Source of the DNA: an uncultured Bacilli bacterium
GTDB taxonomy: Bacteria > Bacillota_I > Bacilli_A > RF39 > UBA660
Assembly (NCBI GenBank): GCA_947627835.1
Contig: CANQXM010000001.1
Coordinates: 1-38,427 of the forward strand
Reading direction: 5' to 3'
Length of the DNA stretch: 38,427 bases
The notes below the pieces were generated by a model, which was not told the origin of the DNA, did no database searches, and saw only the letters and a program-made list of their open reading frames with translations. Positions 7,972 through 18,241 of the stretch are shown here, piece after piece (the first letter of the stretch is position 1; every line of letters starts with the position of its first letter). The position numbers and the translations under genes were made by a program.

Positions 7972-8822
7972 GAACATTCAAAAAATATTTTACGATTCTT
8001 GCAGGATTAACGCTTGCTGCCATTTCCTTTAACCTGTTTCTAGAACCTTTTCATATTGATACGGGTGGTGTTGGAGGTCTTGCAATTGTTGTAAGTCAGT
8101 TTATTCCCATTCCTGAAAGTTTTTTCATGTTATTAGTAAATGCCACATTAGTAATTTTAAGTTTCCTTGTTTTAGGAAAAGAATTAACAAAAAATAACTT
8201 GTTTGGATCTTTGCTATATCCGATATTAGTAGAATTAACTTCTCCAATTACCAACTACATTTTAATAAAAGATTTAGATATGTTAGTAATTGCTGTTTTA
8301 GGTGGAGTCTTAAGTGGTACCGGATATGGACTTTTATTTAAGAATAACTTTACATCAGGAGGAACCGACATCTTAAATCAAATCGTAGCGCAAAAATTGA
8401 AAATTCCCATTGGTAGATCCATGATTTATATAGATGGAATTATCGTCTTGATCGGTGGTTTTGTCTTTGGAATAGAAACCTTTATTTATTCCATTATTTC
8501 ACTTATAATTATTAGTATTTTAAGCAATCGCTCCACTCTCGGGATTAATACAAACAAACTTTTTTATATTCGAACTGATAAATACCAAGAAGTAAAAACT
8601 TACTTATTAAACGACTTAAAATATGATGTAACCATATTCGATACTTATGGAAATGCTTCCAACAAAAAAAGTAAATTAATTATGTGCTCTGTAAAACAAA
8701 AAGATTACTATAAAGTAAAAACCGCAATTGAAATGATAGACAAAGAAGCGTTTATGATTATAACCAACAACTATCAATCTCAAAATGCCAATCGTATGGT
8801 TCCTACATTCGAAGAAGAATAA
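7968..8822 (+). CDS. YitT-family membrane protein (DUF2179 C-terminal domain), paralog 1
   Basis: 284 aa. The ATG overlaps the prfB stop (ATGA). Multi-TM N-terminal part with GG.GG.A and FTSGGTDIL motifs, plus a soluble C-terminal DUF2179-like domain. Confidence 0.85.
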   Translation: MRTFKKYFTILAGLTLAAISFNLFLEPFHIDTGGVGGLAIVVSQFIPIPESFFMLLVNATLVILSFLVLGKELTKNNLFGSLLYPILVELTSPITNYILIKDLDMLVIAVLGGVLSGTGYGLLFKNNFTSGGTDILNQIVAQKLKIPIGRSMIYIDGIIVLIGGFVFGIETFIYSIISLIIISILSNRSTLGINTNKLFYIRTDKYQEVKTYLLNDLKYDVTIFDTYGNASNKKSKLIMCSVKQKDYYKVKTAIEMIDKEAFMIITNNYQSQNANRMVPTFEEE

Positions 8823-8888
8823 CTTCTTCTTTTTATTGCTTTCTTTCGTAATTTCAGCTAGAATAAGAACCACAAAGGGCGTGAGAAA

Positions 8889-10238
8889 ATGAACGAAGCA
8901 CAAGAATTTTTATCACGACAAATTTCTATAAATGACAAAGTAGTAGTGGCATGTTCTGGAGGACCAGATTCCATGGCCTTATTAAATTTAGTAATAGAAC
9001 TACGAAAAAAGATTCCTTTTGAAATCATTTGCGCTCATGTAAATCATAAAAAGAGAAAAGAATCAGAAGAAGAATACGAGTTTGTAAAAGAATACTGCCA
9101 TCAAAATAAAGTGATTTTTGAAGGAACGACATTTGACACGTACAACCAGAAAAACTTTCATGATGAAGCACATAATAAACGTCAACAATTTTTTCAAAGC
9201 CTGATTCATAAATATCAAGCAAAATACTTACTAACCGCACATCATGGGGATGACTTAGTAGAAACCATTTTAATGCGATTAAGCCGTGGAGCATCTTTCT
9301 TTGGATATCATGGCTTTTCCAAAATCGAAAAAGAAAAAGATTATACAATCTTGCGTCCACTAATCACCATGACTAAAGAAGAAATTTTCAATGAAGTTAT
9401 TCGAAGAAAGATTCCTTATCGAATTGATAAAACAAATGAAATGGATACTTACACACGAAATCGTTATCGTAAATACATCTTACCATTTTTAAAAAAGGAA
9501 AATAAAAACGTCCATTTAAAATACTTAAAATTCAGTGAAGAATTGTGTCAGATAAATGAATTTCTTGTGAAAACAATGGAGAAAACCTTGACGGATTGCA
9601 TAGAGAATGATACCTTACATATTGTTGAAATGAAATCACTTTCTTCATTCCAACAACGCTATGTCATAAAAGCATATTTAAAACAAATTTATCAAGAAAA
9701 TCGAAAATTATTAAAAGATGTCCATGTCGATAAAATTATGGAAATGATTCAAAGTGAGAAACCGAATCAAGTAATTCATCTGCCTTTGCAAAAACTGGGA
9801 ATAAAAAACTATCAAATATTTAAAATAATAGAGAAGAATACATTAGAAAAATATTTCATAGAGTTAAACGAAAGTGCAAATATAAAAGGATTTGGTTTGA
9901 TAAAGAAAGTAGCAAATGAAGAGGAAAAAAGTAATAATGTCATTCGCTTAAATAGCCAAGAAATAAAGCTGCCACTTTTCATTCGAACCCGAAAAGATAA
10001 AGATAAAATCGCCATCAAAAACATGGAAGGACATCAAAAAATTAAAGATCTTTTTATCAATGCCAAAATTCCTAAAGAAAAAAGAGATACCTGGCCGATC
10101 GTCGTCGATGCAAACGACGAAATCATCTGGGTTCCTGCTTTAAAGAAATCAAAATTTGATAAAGAAAAAAATGAAAAATATGATATAATATATAAGTATG
10201 TTTTTAGTGAGGAGAAAAGAAATGTCACGAAAAAGTAA
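8889..10238 (+). CDS. tilS: tRNA(Ile)-lysidine synthetase
   Basis: 449 aa. N-terminal PP-loop VACSGGPDSMAL, then HVNHKKR and TAHHGDD motifs. The position immediately upstream of ftsH is the usual one. Confidence 0.9.
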   Translation: MNEAQEFLSRQISINDKVVVACSGGPDSMALLNLVIELRKKIPFEIICAHVNHKKRKESEEEYEFVKEYCHQNKVIFEGTTFDTYNQKNFHDEAHNKRQQFFQSLIHKYQAKYLLTAHHGDDLVETILMRLSRGASFFGYHGFSKIEKEKDYTILRPLITMTKEEIFNEVIRRKIPYRIDKTNEMDTYTRNRYRKYILPFLKKENKNVHLKYLKFSEELCQINEFLVKTMEKTLTDCIENDTLHIVEMKSLSSFQQRYVIKAYLKQIYQENRKLLKDVHVDKIMEMIQSEKPNQVIHLPLQKLGIKNYQIFKIIEKNTLEKYFIELNESANIKGFGLIKKVANEEEKSNNVIRLNSQEIKLPLFIRTRKDKDKIAIKNMEGHQKIKDLFINAKIPKEKRDTWPIVVDANDEIIWVPALKKSKFDKEKNEKYDIIYKYVFSEEKRNVTKK

Positions 10239-12204
10239 TGCAAATACATTTAAAAATTTATTTCCTTATGTGGTTTTAGTTGTTGTCATCTTTGTTGTAT
10301 TCTCTGTATTAAATATGGGAAGAACCATTAAAAATGAATTGACAACCGGAGAACTCATGGATGCCATTACTGCCAAAACCATTACTGAAATAACGATTAC
10401 ACCAAGTGGGGAAGAAAATGTTTACTACATAGAAGGAAAATTAAATAATTATAAAGAAAATGAAACTTTTGAAGCAAAAGTAGTAGAAGCAGATTTAACG
10501 AATGTTATCAAATATGCAGAAGCAAATAAACTAAGCGTTTATGAAACCAATCCCGATCCAGGATCCTTTTCTTGGATGTACATCATTGTAAACGTTGTTC
10601 CATTATTCTTATTAGTTGGAGTAACTTACTTCTTATTTTCAAAAATGGCAAATAGCAATAAAGGAAGTATGGACTTTGGAAAAAGTAGAGCCAAACTAAG
10701 TGAAGATGGTGGTAATGTTAAGTTTTCTGATGTAGCTGGCTTAAAAGAAGAAAAAGAAGAAGTAAAAGAATTAATTGACTTTTTAAAAAATCCAAAACGT
10801 TTCCAAAAATTAGGTGCTAGAATTCCAAAAGGAGTTTTATTAGTAGGTCCTCCAGGAACTGGAAAAACATTACTTGCCAAAGCAGTTGCTGGGGAAGCAA
10901 ACGTTCCATTCTTTTACATTAGTGGATCAGACTTCGTAGAATTATTCGTCGGAGTTGGTGCAAGCCGTGTAAGAGAAATGTTTAAAGATGCGAAAAGAAA
11001 TGCCCCATGTTTAATTTTCATTGATGAAATTGATGCCGTAGGACGTCAAAGAGGTTCTGGTATTGGTGGAGGACATGATGAAAGAGAACAAACTTTAAAC
11101 CAATTATTAACAGAAATGGATGGATTTGGAGCAAATGAAGGAATTATTATTATTGCTGCAACCAATCGTCCAGATGTTCTAGATCCTGCGCTTCTTCGTC
11201 CAGGAAGATTTGACCGTCAGGTAACCGTAAATTTACCAGATGCGAAAGAAAGAGAAGAAATCTTAAAAGTACATGCTAGAAACAAGATTTTTGCTAAAAA
11301 TGTAAACTTAAAAAATATTAGCTTGCGAACTCCAGGATTTAGTGGTGCAGATTTGGAAAACTTACTAAATGAAGCAGCATTGCTGGCAGTTAGAAAAAAT
11401 CGGGATGCCATTACAATGGATGATATAGATGAAGCAACTGATCGTGTATTAATGGGACCAGCCAAAACTTCTCATAAAATTACCGATAAAGAAAAACGTT
11501 TAGTAAGTATTCATGAAGCAGGACATGCTGTAATTGGAATTAAATTGGAAGATGCCAATGAAGTTCATAAAATTACGATTATTCCAAGAGGACATGCCGG
11601 CGGATATACCATGATGCTTCCAAAAGAAGAACGGATGTCTATTATGTCTAAAAATGAACTTTTAGCAACCATTACCGGACTTCTTGGTGGACGTGCTAGT
11701 GAAGAATTATTCCTAGGAGAAATAACAACTGGGGCAAGTGATGACTTTAAAAGAGCTACCAACATTGCCAGAAGCATGGTTACGGAATATGGTATGAGTG
11801 AACTAGGACCAATGCAATACGAACAAAAAGAAGAAGGCATTTTCCTAGGTAGAGATTATAACAAATCCAAAAATTATTCAGATCAAGTTGCTTTAGAAAT
11901 TGATCAAGCAGCTCGTAAAATCATTGATGAATGTTATGATAAAGCAAAAGAAATTATTAAGAAAAATAAAGATTTAATTATGTTACTAAGTGATGCCTTA
12001 ATGGAAAGAGAGACATTGACGAAAGAACAAATTGAATCCCTTGTTTTAACTGGAAAAATTAGTGAAGAAGAAACAAGTAGTAAAGACGATGAACCAACGA
12101 TTCTAAAACTTAGAGAACTTGCGAAAGCAAAAGGAATCAAAGGTTATACAAAAATGTCAAAAGAAGAATTAAAAGAAGCATTAGAGGAAGAAGAAAAACT
12201 TTAA
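10222..12204 (+). CDS. ftsH: ATP-dependent zinc metalloprotease FtsH, with a C-terminal Rho_N/HeH-like tail
   Basis: ATG at 10222 follows RBS GGAGAAAAG. Walker A GPPGTGKT, Walker B IIFIDEID, SRH and zinc site HEAGHA are present. Two N-terminal TM segments. The 5' end overlaps tilS by 17 nt. Confidence 0.97.
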   Translation: MSRKSNANTFKNLFPYVVLVVVIFVVFSVLNMGRTIKNELTTGELMDAITAKTITEITITPSGEENVYYIEGKLNNYKENETFEAKVVEADLTNVIKYAEANKLSVYETNPDPGSFSWMYIIVNVVPLFLLVGVTYFLFSKMANSNKGSMDFGKSRAKLSEDGGNVKFSDVAGLKEEKEEVKELIDFLKNPKRFQKLGARIPKGVLLVGPPGTGKTLLAKAVAGEANVPFFYISGSDFVELFVGVGASRVREMFKDAKRNAPCLIFIDEIDAVGRQRGSGIGGGHDEREQTLNQLLTEMDGFGANEGIIIIAATNRPDVLDPALLRPGRFDRQVTVNLPDAKEREEILKVHARNKIFAKNVNLKNISLRTPGFSGADLENLLNEAALLAVRKNRDAITMDDIDEATDRVLMGPAKTSHKITDKEKRLVSIHEAGHAVIGIKLEDANEVHKITIIPRGHAGGYTMMLPKEERMSIMSKNELLATITGLLGGRASEELFLGEITTGASDDFKRATNIARSMVTEYGMSELGPMQYEQKEEGIFLGRDYNKSKNYSDQVALEIDQAARKIIDECYDKAKEIIKKNKDLIMLLSDALMERETLTKEQIESLVLTGKISEEETSSKDDEPTILKLRELAKAKGIKGYTKMSKEELKEALEEEEKL

Positions 12205-12368
12205 TGCTTTTTTCTTATAAAAAAAGGATTTAGGTAAGAAAGTTTTGCCAAAAAAGAAAAAGAAAAGAACAAATAACAAAATGAGGTTCTCCTACCAAAC
12301 AGATTTGCCAAAAAGCCTCTTTGACGGACGAATAAAGTTCATGATAAAGTCCATCTTGAGGTGAAAAA

Positions 12369-12854
12369 ATGAAACATTATTATGTCTTTTTGTGTTTAGA
12401 TAAAATCCCTTTCTTAGAACTGATATTAGATCAACATTGTCATGCAAAAGAAGACAAAAATATCAATTGGGAACGGGTAAAATACATCATATTAGATTTT
12501 AAATCCCACGTTAATTCAAAGTGCAAAATGATAGAAATTGGAAAAATAAAAGATGCCAAAAAAATACTAACCAATCAATTAACCTATATCAAAGTTGATA
12601 TTACAAAAGTACACAATGCCTATATAAAAGCCAAAATACCGAATCAAATAATTCCCAAACGAATTAGTACCTTCACAGAAAAGTTATTTTTTAGTACTCC
12701 CGCAGAATTTTTAAAATACTTAAATGAAAAGAAACTATTAAATAAAGAAGATAAGAAGAAATTTGCGAGTGCCTTAAAAAAGATGCAAGAAGAAGAACAG
12801 ATTTTAAAAACTTGGAAAAATGTTTCTAAGGACGAATATTTTCATCAAAGGTAG
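12369..12854 (+). CDS. Hypothetical protein (161 aa, Lys-rich, no recognised domain)
   Basis: Good RBS GAGGTGA 6 nt upstream of the ATG. Codon usage resembles neighbouring genes. I recognise no family motif. Confidence 0.5.
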   Translation: MKHYYVFLCLDKIPFLELILDQHCHAKEDKNINWERVKYIILDFKSHVNSKCKMIEIGKIKDAKKILTNQLTYIKVDITKVHNAYIKAKIPNQIIPKRISTFTEKLFFSTPAEFLKYLNEKKLLNKEDKKKFASALKKMQEEEQILKTWKNVSKDEYFHQR

Positions 12855-12927
12855 GTGAATTTATAAAGACAAAAAAGGCTTATTGTGTTAAAATATCAAT
12901 AGTGACGAAAGTTGTGAAGGTGGTATT

Positions 12928-13713
12928 ATGGCAAAAATTATTTCATTAGTTAACCAAAAAGGTGGAGTAGGAAAAACAACGACAAGTATCAACCTTGCAG
13001 CAGCCTTAGGAAAAGAAGGAAAAAAAACCCTTTTAATTGATTTAGATCCTCAAGGTAATGCTTCATCTGGACTTGGATTAAATGCCAACGACTTTAAAAA
13101 TGACATTTATGATGTAATAACGGGAAACTGTGAAATAGAACCAGCCATTATCAAAACCAAATTTAAAAATTTATCCATCATTCCTGCAACCATAAACTTA
13201 GCTGGAGTAGATGTAGAATTTGTTAAAAAGATGTTAGAAGATAATACGTTTCGTCAAAATGAACAATTGCGTACTGCACTTGAAACCATAAAAGAAAAAT
13301 ATGATTTTATTATCATTGATTGTCAACCATCACTGGGAATTTCTACCATGAATGCTTTAGTAGCAAGCGATTCAGTAATTATCCCCGTACAATGTGAATA
13401 TTTTGCCCTTGAAGGAATTACCCAATTATTAAATTCAATTATCTTAGTTCAATCAAATATGAATCCAGAACTTCGAATTGAAGGAGTATTACTAACAATG
13501 TTAGATGGAAGAACAAATATTGGCTTAGAAATTATTGAAGAAGTAAGAAAATGCTTTAAAAGCAAAGTATTTAATACCATTATTCCCAGATTAGTCCGTT
13601 TAGTAGAAGCACCAAGTCATGGAAAACCAATTAGTGATTATGATCCAACCAGTCGTGCCACCCTTGCATATCAAAATCTCGCAAAGGAAGTGATTAGTAG
13701 AAATGGAAACTAA
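12928..13713 (+). CDS. parA: Chromosome partitioning ATPase ParA/Soj
   Basis: 261 aa with the deviant Walker A NQKGGVGKTTT, then DLDPQGN and IIIDCQPSLG. Confidence 0.93.
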   Translation: MAKIISLVNQKGGVGKTTTSINLAAALGKEGKKTLLIDLDPQGNASSGLGLNANDFKNDIYDVITGNCEIEPAIIKTKFKNLSIIPATINLAGVDVEFVKKMLEDNTFRQNEQLRTALETIKEKYDFIIIDCQPSLGISTMNALVASDSVIIPVQCEYFALEGITQLLNSIILVQSNMNPELRIEGVLLTMLDGRTNIGLEIIEEVRKCFKSKVFNTIIPRLVRLVEAPSHGKPISDYDPTSRATLAYQNLAKEVISRNGN

Positions 13714-14593
13714 AAGAAAGGCATTAGGAAAAGGTCTAGAACAACTCTTTTCAAACGAAGTGATTGATTTTGACAACTTTGAGAATGACATCATTAAAGA
13801 AGCCAAGTCAAATGACATTTTAGAAATCCCCTTAAAAGATATTCGCAGCAATCCATATCAACCACGTAAAGTTTTCAATGAAGAAACCATCAATGAACTT
13901 GCTGAATCAATCAAAGAAGTTGGAATTGTTCAACCAATTATCGTTAAAAAAAGTATCAAAGGTTACGAATTAATTGCAGGTGAACGCCGTACAAAAGCAG
14001 CGAAAGTAGCAGGACTCGAAACCATTCCTGCCATTGTCAAAGATTTTAATGATCAAGAAATGATGGAAATTGCTTTGATTGAAAATATTCAAAGAGAAGA
14101 CCTAAATCCAATTGATGAAGCAAGTGCCTATGAAAACATTATTCGTATGAGTGGAATGACCCAAGAAGAATTTGCTAAAAAGTTTGGAAAAAGTAGAAGC
14201 TACGTAACCAATATGTTGGGACTTTTAAGCCTTCCTGCCAATACCAAAAGATTAGTGCAAAATAAAAAATTAAGTATGGGACATGCACGGGCTTTAAGTA
14301 AAATTGAAGATGACAACAAAATTGATGAATTAGCAACCAAAGCAGTTGTAAATTCAATTAGTGTAAGAGATTTAGAAAAACTAATCACAGAGGAAGACTT
14401 ACCAAAGAAAAATAAAATTGTAAGAGCAACCGAAACCAAAAACATTCGCAACGCCATATATGAACGAATCATGCGCGAAAAAATTGGAACAAAAGTAAAA
14501 ATTAATCACCGAAAAATTGAAATCCCATTTGATTCAGATAAAGATTTAGAACGAATTCTAGAAATTTTGGGCATAAAAATTGAAGGGGAATAA
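13703..14593 (+). CDS. parB: Chromosome partitioning protein ParB/Spo0J
   Basis: 296 aa. KALGKGLE, IRSNPYQPRK, the GERR box (IAGERRTKAA) and an HTH segment are present. Overlaps parA by 11 nt. Confidence 0.93.
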   Translation: METKRKALGKGLEQLFSNEVIDFDNFENDIIKEAKSNDILEIPLKDIRSNPYQPRKVFNEETINELAESIKEVGIVQPIIVKKSIKGYELIAGERRTKAAKVAGLETIPAIVKDFNDQEMMEIALIENIQREDLNPIDEASAYENIIRMSGMTQEEFAKKFGKSRSYVTNMLGLLSLPANTKRLVQNKKLSMGHARALSKIEDDNKIDELATKAVVNSISVRDLEKLITEEDLPKKNKIVRATETKNIRNAIYERIMREKIGTKVKINHRKIEIPFDSDKDLERILEILGIKIEGE

Positions 14594-14594
14594 A

Positions 14595-15404
14595 ATGACC
14601 AAAAAAATAATAGAAATAATATTTAAAAAAGAAATCATTGGTCCCATCATCATTCTTGCAATTGGGATATGTTTAATCAATATCATCAGCCATACGATGA
14701 AAAAATTATTAAAAAACGGGAAAAGTAGTTTTGAAAAAAAGCGGAAAAATACGATTATTGAATTACTAAATAACATTATAAAATATTTTATTTATATTTT
14801 AATGATTATTTTCATTTTAAACATCTATGGGGTAGATACCAGATCCATTATTGCCAGTTTAGGAGTAGCTGGGGTAATCCTTGGTTTTGCTTTACAATCA
14901 ACGGTAGAAGATTTTGTAAGTGGAATCGCCATTATTATGGATAATTATTTTGGTGTTGGAGATACTGTAACGTTTAATGGCTTTACGGGAGAAGTCATCG
15001 AAATGGGCTTAAAAAGCACCAAAATTCGTAAATATAATGGAGAAGTATACATCATTGCTAATCGTCATATCGATGCTGTAATTAACATTAGCCAACATAA
15101 AGCAAAATTATATATTGAAATACCAACGGCTTATGAAGAAAAAACAGAAAAAGTAGAAAAAGTATTAAATCAGATTGTCGAAAAAGCCAAAAAAATTCCA
15201 AACGTACTCCCAGAATCGTCTTATTTAGGAATCGATAGTATGCAAGACTCAGCCATTCATTACTTAATTTGTATAGTATGTAAACAAGATACCCAATGGC
15301 AAATTAAACGTGATGTATTAAAACTAGTGAAAGAAACCTACGAAAAAGAAAATATAAAAATTCCGTATCAACAAATCGAGGTGCATAATGAAACCAAATT
15401 ATAA
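14595..15404 (+). CDS. Small-conductance mechanosensitive channel (MscS family)
   Basis: The ATG at 14595 follows GAAGGGGA; the track ORF begins at an upstream TTG. TM helices are followed by the MscS beta-domain signature FGVGDTVTFNGFTGEVIEMGLKSTKIRKYNGEVYIIAN. Confidence 0.85.
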   Translation: MTKKIIEIIFKKEIIGPIIILAIGICLINIISHTMKKLLKNGKSSFEKKRKNTIIELLNNIIKYFIYILMIIFILNIYGVDTRSIIASLGVAGVILGFALQSTVEDFVSGIAIIMDNYFGVGDTVTFNGFTGEVIEMGLKSTKIRKYNGEVYIIANRHIDAVINISQHKAKLYIEIPTAYEEKTEKVEKVLNQIVEKAKKIPNVLPESSYLGIDSMQDSAIHYLICIVCKQDTQWQIKRDVLKLVKETYEKENIKIPYQQIEVHNETKL

Positions 15405-15588
15405 ATTGCAAGATCATGTAATTATGAAAAAAGGACATCCATGTGGATACAATGAATGGATTATTACTAGAATGGGTGTCGATATCAAATTAAAATGTGT
15501 TCATTGTGGTAGAGAAATAATGATGGATCGTTTAGAGTTTGAAAAAAAATTAAAAAAAATAATAGGTGATAACAATGAAGGTAAGTAA
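15388..15588 (+). CDS. DUF951-family small zinc-ribbon-like protein
   Basis: 66 aa with RBS GAGGTG. KKGHPCG...W.I.R.G.DIKLKC..CGR..M..R..FEKK matches DUF951, the family found next to ychF in Bacilli. Confidence 0.72.
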   Translation: MKPNYKLQDHVIMKKGHPCGYNEWIITRMGVDIKLKCVHCGREIMMDRLEFEKKLKKIIGDNNEGK

Positions 15589-17116
15589 ATTAAAAGACCG
15601 AATGACACTTCATCCTATTATGACACTCATCATGTTAATAGGAATAACTATGTTAATAAGTGGCATTTTAGCTTTATTAGGAGTTCAAGCCGTTCAATAT
15701 AAGATTAATTCAAATACCCTAGAGTATTCTACAGAACTATTAAAAGTGGATAACTTATTATCTTTTAGTGGACTTAAATATATCTTTTCATCAACCGTAG
15801 CAAACTTTGTAGCATTCACTCCATTAAGTAGTTTAATTATCATCTTAATTGGGATTGGAGTCATGGAAAAAAGTGGCTTTTTGAAAACCGCTTTATCATT
15901 ATTAACCAAAAAAATGAAAAAAAATACTGTTACATTTTTAATTGTATTTATAAGTGTAATTGCATCATTCATGGGTGATTTATCCTATGTAATAATGATT
16001 CCATTAAGTGCATTAGTCTTTTTATATGGAAAACGAAATCCATTAATTGGCATTGTTGCATCTTTTGCTGGCCTTACTTGTGGAAGCGGACTTAGTTTTT
16101 TAATCACAAGTATTGATAGTTCTCTTATTTCTACAACCATTTTAGCAGCAAAAATATTAGATCCAACCTTTCGTTTTGCAACCATTAGTTTAGTATTTAT
16201 CATGTTTGTAGCAATCATTCTAGTATCCATTGCTATCACAGTTATCACCGAGCGATACTTAATTGGCAAATTAGACAAATATGAAATTGCTGATACAGAA
16301 TTAGAAGAGTTACAAACAACGAGAAAAGAAATGAGAGGATTACTATTTAGTGCCATAGCAGGAATCGTTTATGTCATCTTCTTTATTTATCAAATTATTC
16401 CAAATGCTCCATTAGGTGGAACATTACTAGATTATAGCCAAGACTTTTACATTGATAAATTATTCAGCTATAACTCTTTCTTTAGTAATGGCTTTGTCTT
16501 TGTGGTTACCATGTTTTTTGTAATATTAGGTTTCTTTTATGGAATTGGTGCCAAGACCATCAAAAATAATAAAGACTTTGTCGATACCCTTGGGCACTCA
16601 TTAGATGGAACTGGAAAAACCTTGGTTTTAATCTTCTTTGCATCAGCTTTTATAAGCATCTTCCGTTATTCCAATATTGGTAATATCATTGTAGCCAGTT
16701 TGACAACCATTCTTACAAGACTACAATTTACTGGAATTCCTCTAATTATTACCCTCTTCTTAGTATCTGCAATTTCAACCTTCTTTGTTCCTTCTTCCAT
16801 AACAAAGTGGACCATTATGGCTCCTATGATTGTACCAACATTTATGACAGCAGGAATTACGCCAGAATTTACACAAGTCATCTTTAGATTCGGGGAATGT
16901 GCAATGATGGGACTTACTCCTTTAATGGCATACTTTGTAATATACTTAGCAATGATAGATAAATTTAATACTTCAGAAAAACCAATATCTTTATTTAAAT
17001 CTTTAAGATATCAAATTCCATACAGCATTGTCTGTGGAGGAATCTTATTGATTATTTTAGTAGTTTGGTATATTATAGGACTTCCAATTGGAATAAATGG
17101 CTCATCAATTTTATAG
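15575..17116 (+). CDS. AbgT-family transporter (p-aminobenzoyl-glutamate / MtrF-type)
   Basis: ATG at 15575 follows AGGTGA. About 12 or more TM segments. The N-terminal pattern ...HP....L........SGIL followed by ...NLLS..GL.YIFSS.V.NF..F.PL....I..IG.GV.EKSG is typical of AbgT. Confidence 0.78.
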   Translation: MKVSKLKDRMTLHPIMTLIMLIGITMLISGILALLGVQAVQYKINSNTLEYSTELLKVDNLLSFSGLKYIFSSTVANFVAFTPLSSLIIILIGIGVMEKSGFLKTALSLLTKKMKKNTVTFLIVFISVIASFMGDLSYVIMIPLSALVFLYGKRNPLIGIVASFAGLTCGSGLSFLITSIDSSLISTTILAAKILDPTFRFATISLVFIMFVAIILVSIAITVITERYLIGKLDKYEIADTELEELQTTRKEMRGLLFSAIAGIVYVIFFIYQIIPNAPLGGTLLDYSQDFYIDKLFSYNSFFSNGFVFVVTMFFVILGFFYGIGAKTIKNNKDFVDTLGHSLDGTGKTLVLIFFASAFISIFRYSNIGNIIVASLTTILTRLQFTGIPLIITLFLVSAISTFFVPSSITKWTIMAPMIVPTFMTAGITPEFTQVIFRFGECAMMGLTPLMAYFVIYLAMIDKFNTSEKPISLFKSLRYQIPYSIVCGGILLIILVVWYIIGLPIGINGSSIL

Positions 17117-17133
17117 AAAGGGCGTGTTTGCTT

Positions 17134-18231
17134 ATGTCATTAAAAGCAGGAATTGTCGGACTTCCAAACGTTGGAAAATCTACACTTTTTAACGCCATTA
17201 CCAAAAAAACCATTCTTGCTGCAAACTATCCGTTTGCAACCATTGATCCAAATGTGGGCGTAGTAACCGTTCCCGATACGCGTTTAGAATTTTTAGAAAA
17301 TCTATATCTTCCTAAACGACTTGTTCCAACAACCTTTGAATTTACCGATATAGCAGGACTCGTAAAAGGAGCATCCAAAGGGGAAGGCCTTGGAAATAAG
17401 TTTCTTTCTCATATTCGTGAAGTAGATGCCATCGTTGAAGTGGTTCGTTGCTTTAAAGATAATAACATTATTCACGTAGAAGGCGATGTAAATCCCAAAC
17501 GAGATATCGAAATTATTAATATTGAACTCATTTTAGCAGATTTAGAAATCATTGAAAATCGAATTGATAAAATTGCTAAAAAAGCCCAGACAACCAAGGA
17601 TAAAGAAAGCTTAAATGAATTAGAAGTATTACAAAAATGTAGAGAAGCCCTACTAGCTAATAAACCTCTTCGTTTAATAGAATTAAATGAAGAAGAAAAA
17701 ATGATTATCAAACCATTTAACTTTATTACATTAAAACCAATGATTTATGTTGCGAATGTCGGAGAAGACGATGTAACCAAAGAAAATGAATATACCAAAC
17801 AAGTAGAAGAATATGCAGCACAAGAAAAAACCAATCGAATTATCATGTCTGCAAAGATGGAAAGTGAACTTGCCGAATTAGAAGAAAGTGACAAAAAAAC
17901 GTTTTTACAAGAACTGGGAATTCATTATAGTGGACTAGATAAACTGATTTTTGCTACTTATGAACTTTTAGGATTACAAACTTTTTTTACAGTAGGAAAA
18001 GATGAAGTCCGTGCTTGGACGTTTCAAAAAGGCATGACCGCTAAAAAATGCGCGGGCTTAATTCATAGTGATATTGAAAGAGGATTCATTAAAGCTGAAA
18101 TTATGAAATATCCAGATTTAGAAGAATTAAAAGACGAAAAGAAAGTACAAGAACAAGGAAAATTAAACCTCGAAGGAAAAGATTATATCATGCAAGATGG
18201 AGATATTGTCTATTTCCGCTTTAATGTATAA
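17134..18231 (+). CDS. ychF: Redox-regulated ribosome-binding ATPase YchF
   Basis: The ATG at 17134 gives MSLKAGIVGLPNVGKSTLFNA. NYPFATI.PN.G, DIAGLV.GAS.GEGLGN.FL and a C-terminal TGS-like domain are present. Confidence 0.95.
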   Translation: MSLKAGIVGLPNVGKSTLFNAITKKTILAANYPFATIDPNVGVVTVPDTRLEFLENLYLPKRLVPTTFEFTDIAGLVKGASKGEGLGNKFLSHIREVDAIVEVVRCFKDNNIIHVEGDVNPKRDIEIINIELILADLEIIENRIDKIAKKAQTTKDKESLNELEVLQKCREALLANKPLRLIELNEEEKMIIKPFNFITLKPMIYVANVGEDDVTKENEYTKQVEEYAAQEKTNRIIMSAKMESELAELEESDKKTFLQELGIHYSGLDKLIFATYELLGLQTFFTVGKDEVRAWTFQKGMTAKKCAGLIHSDIERGFIKAEIMKYPDLEELKDEKKVQEQGKLNLEGKDYIMQDGDIVYFRFNV

Positions 18232-18241
18232 GGAAGAACCT

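Noticed and set aside
10626-12140. Four antisense ORFs (10626-10880, 11217-11465, 11565-11840, 11934-12140, minus strand) inside ftsH
   Set aside because: They lie entirely within a strongly supported conserved gene. Their translations are low-complexity Ser/Phe/Leu-rich with no RBS. These are typical shadow ORFs opposite purine-rich codons.
12281-12364. 27-codon ORF (MRFSYQTDLPKSLFDGRIKFMIKSILR) upstream of the 161-aa hypothetical gene
   Set aside because: It has no RBS. It overlaps one of the repeat copies and the RBS of the downstream gene, so there is insufficient support for a micropeptide.
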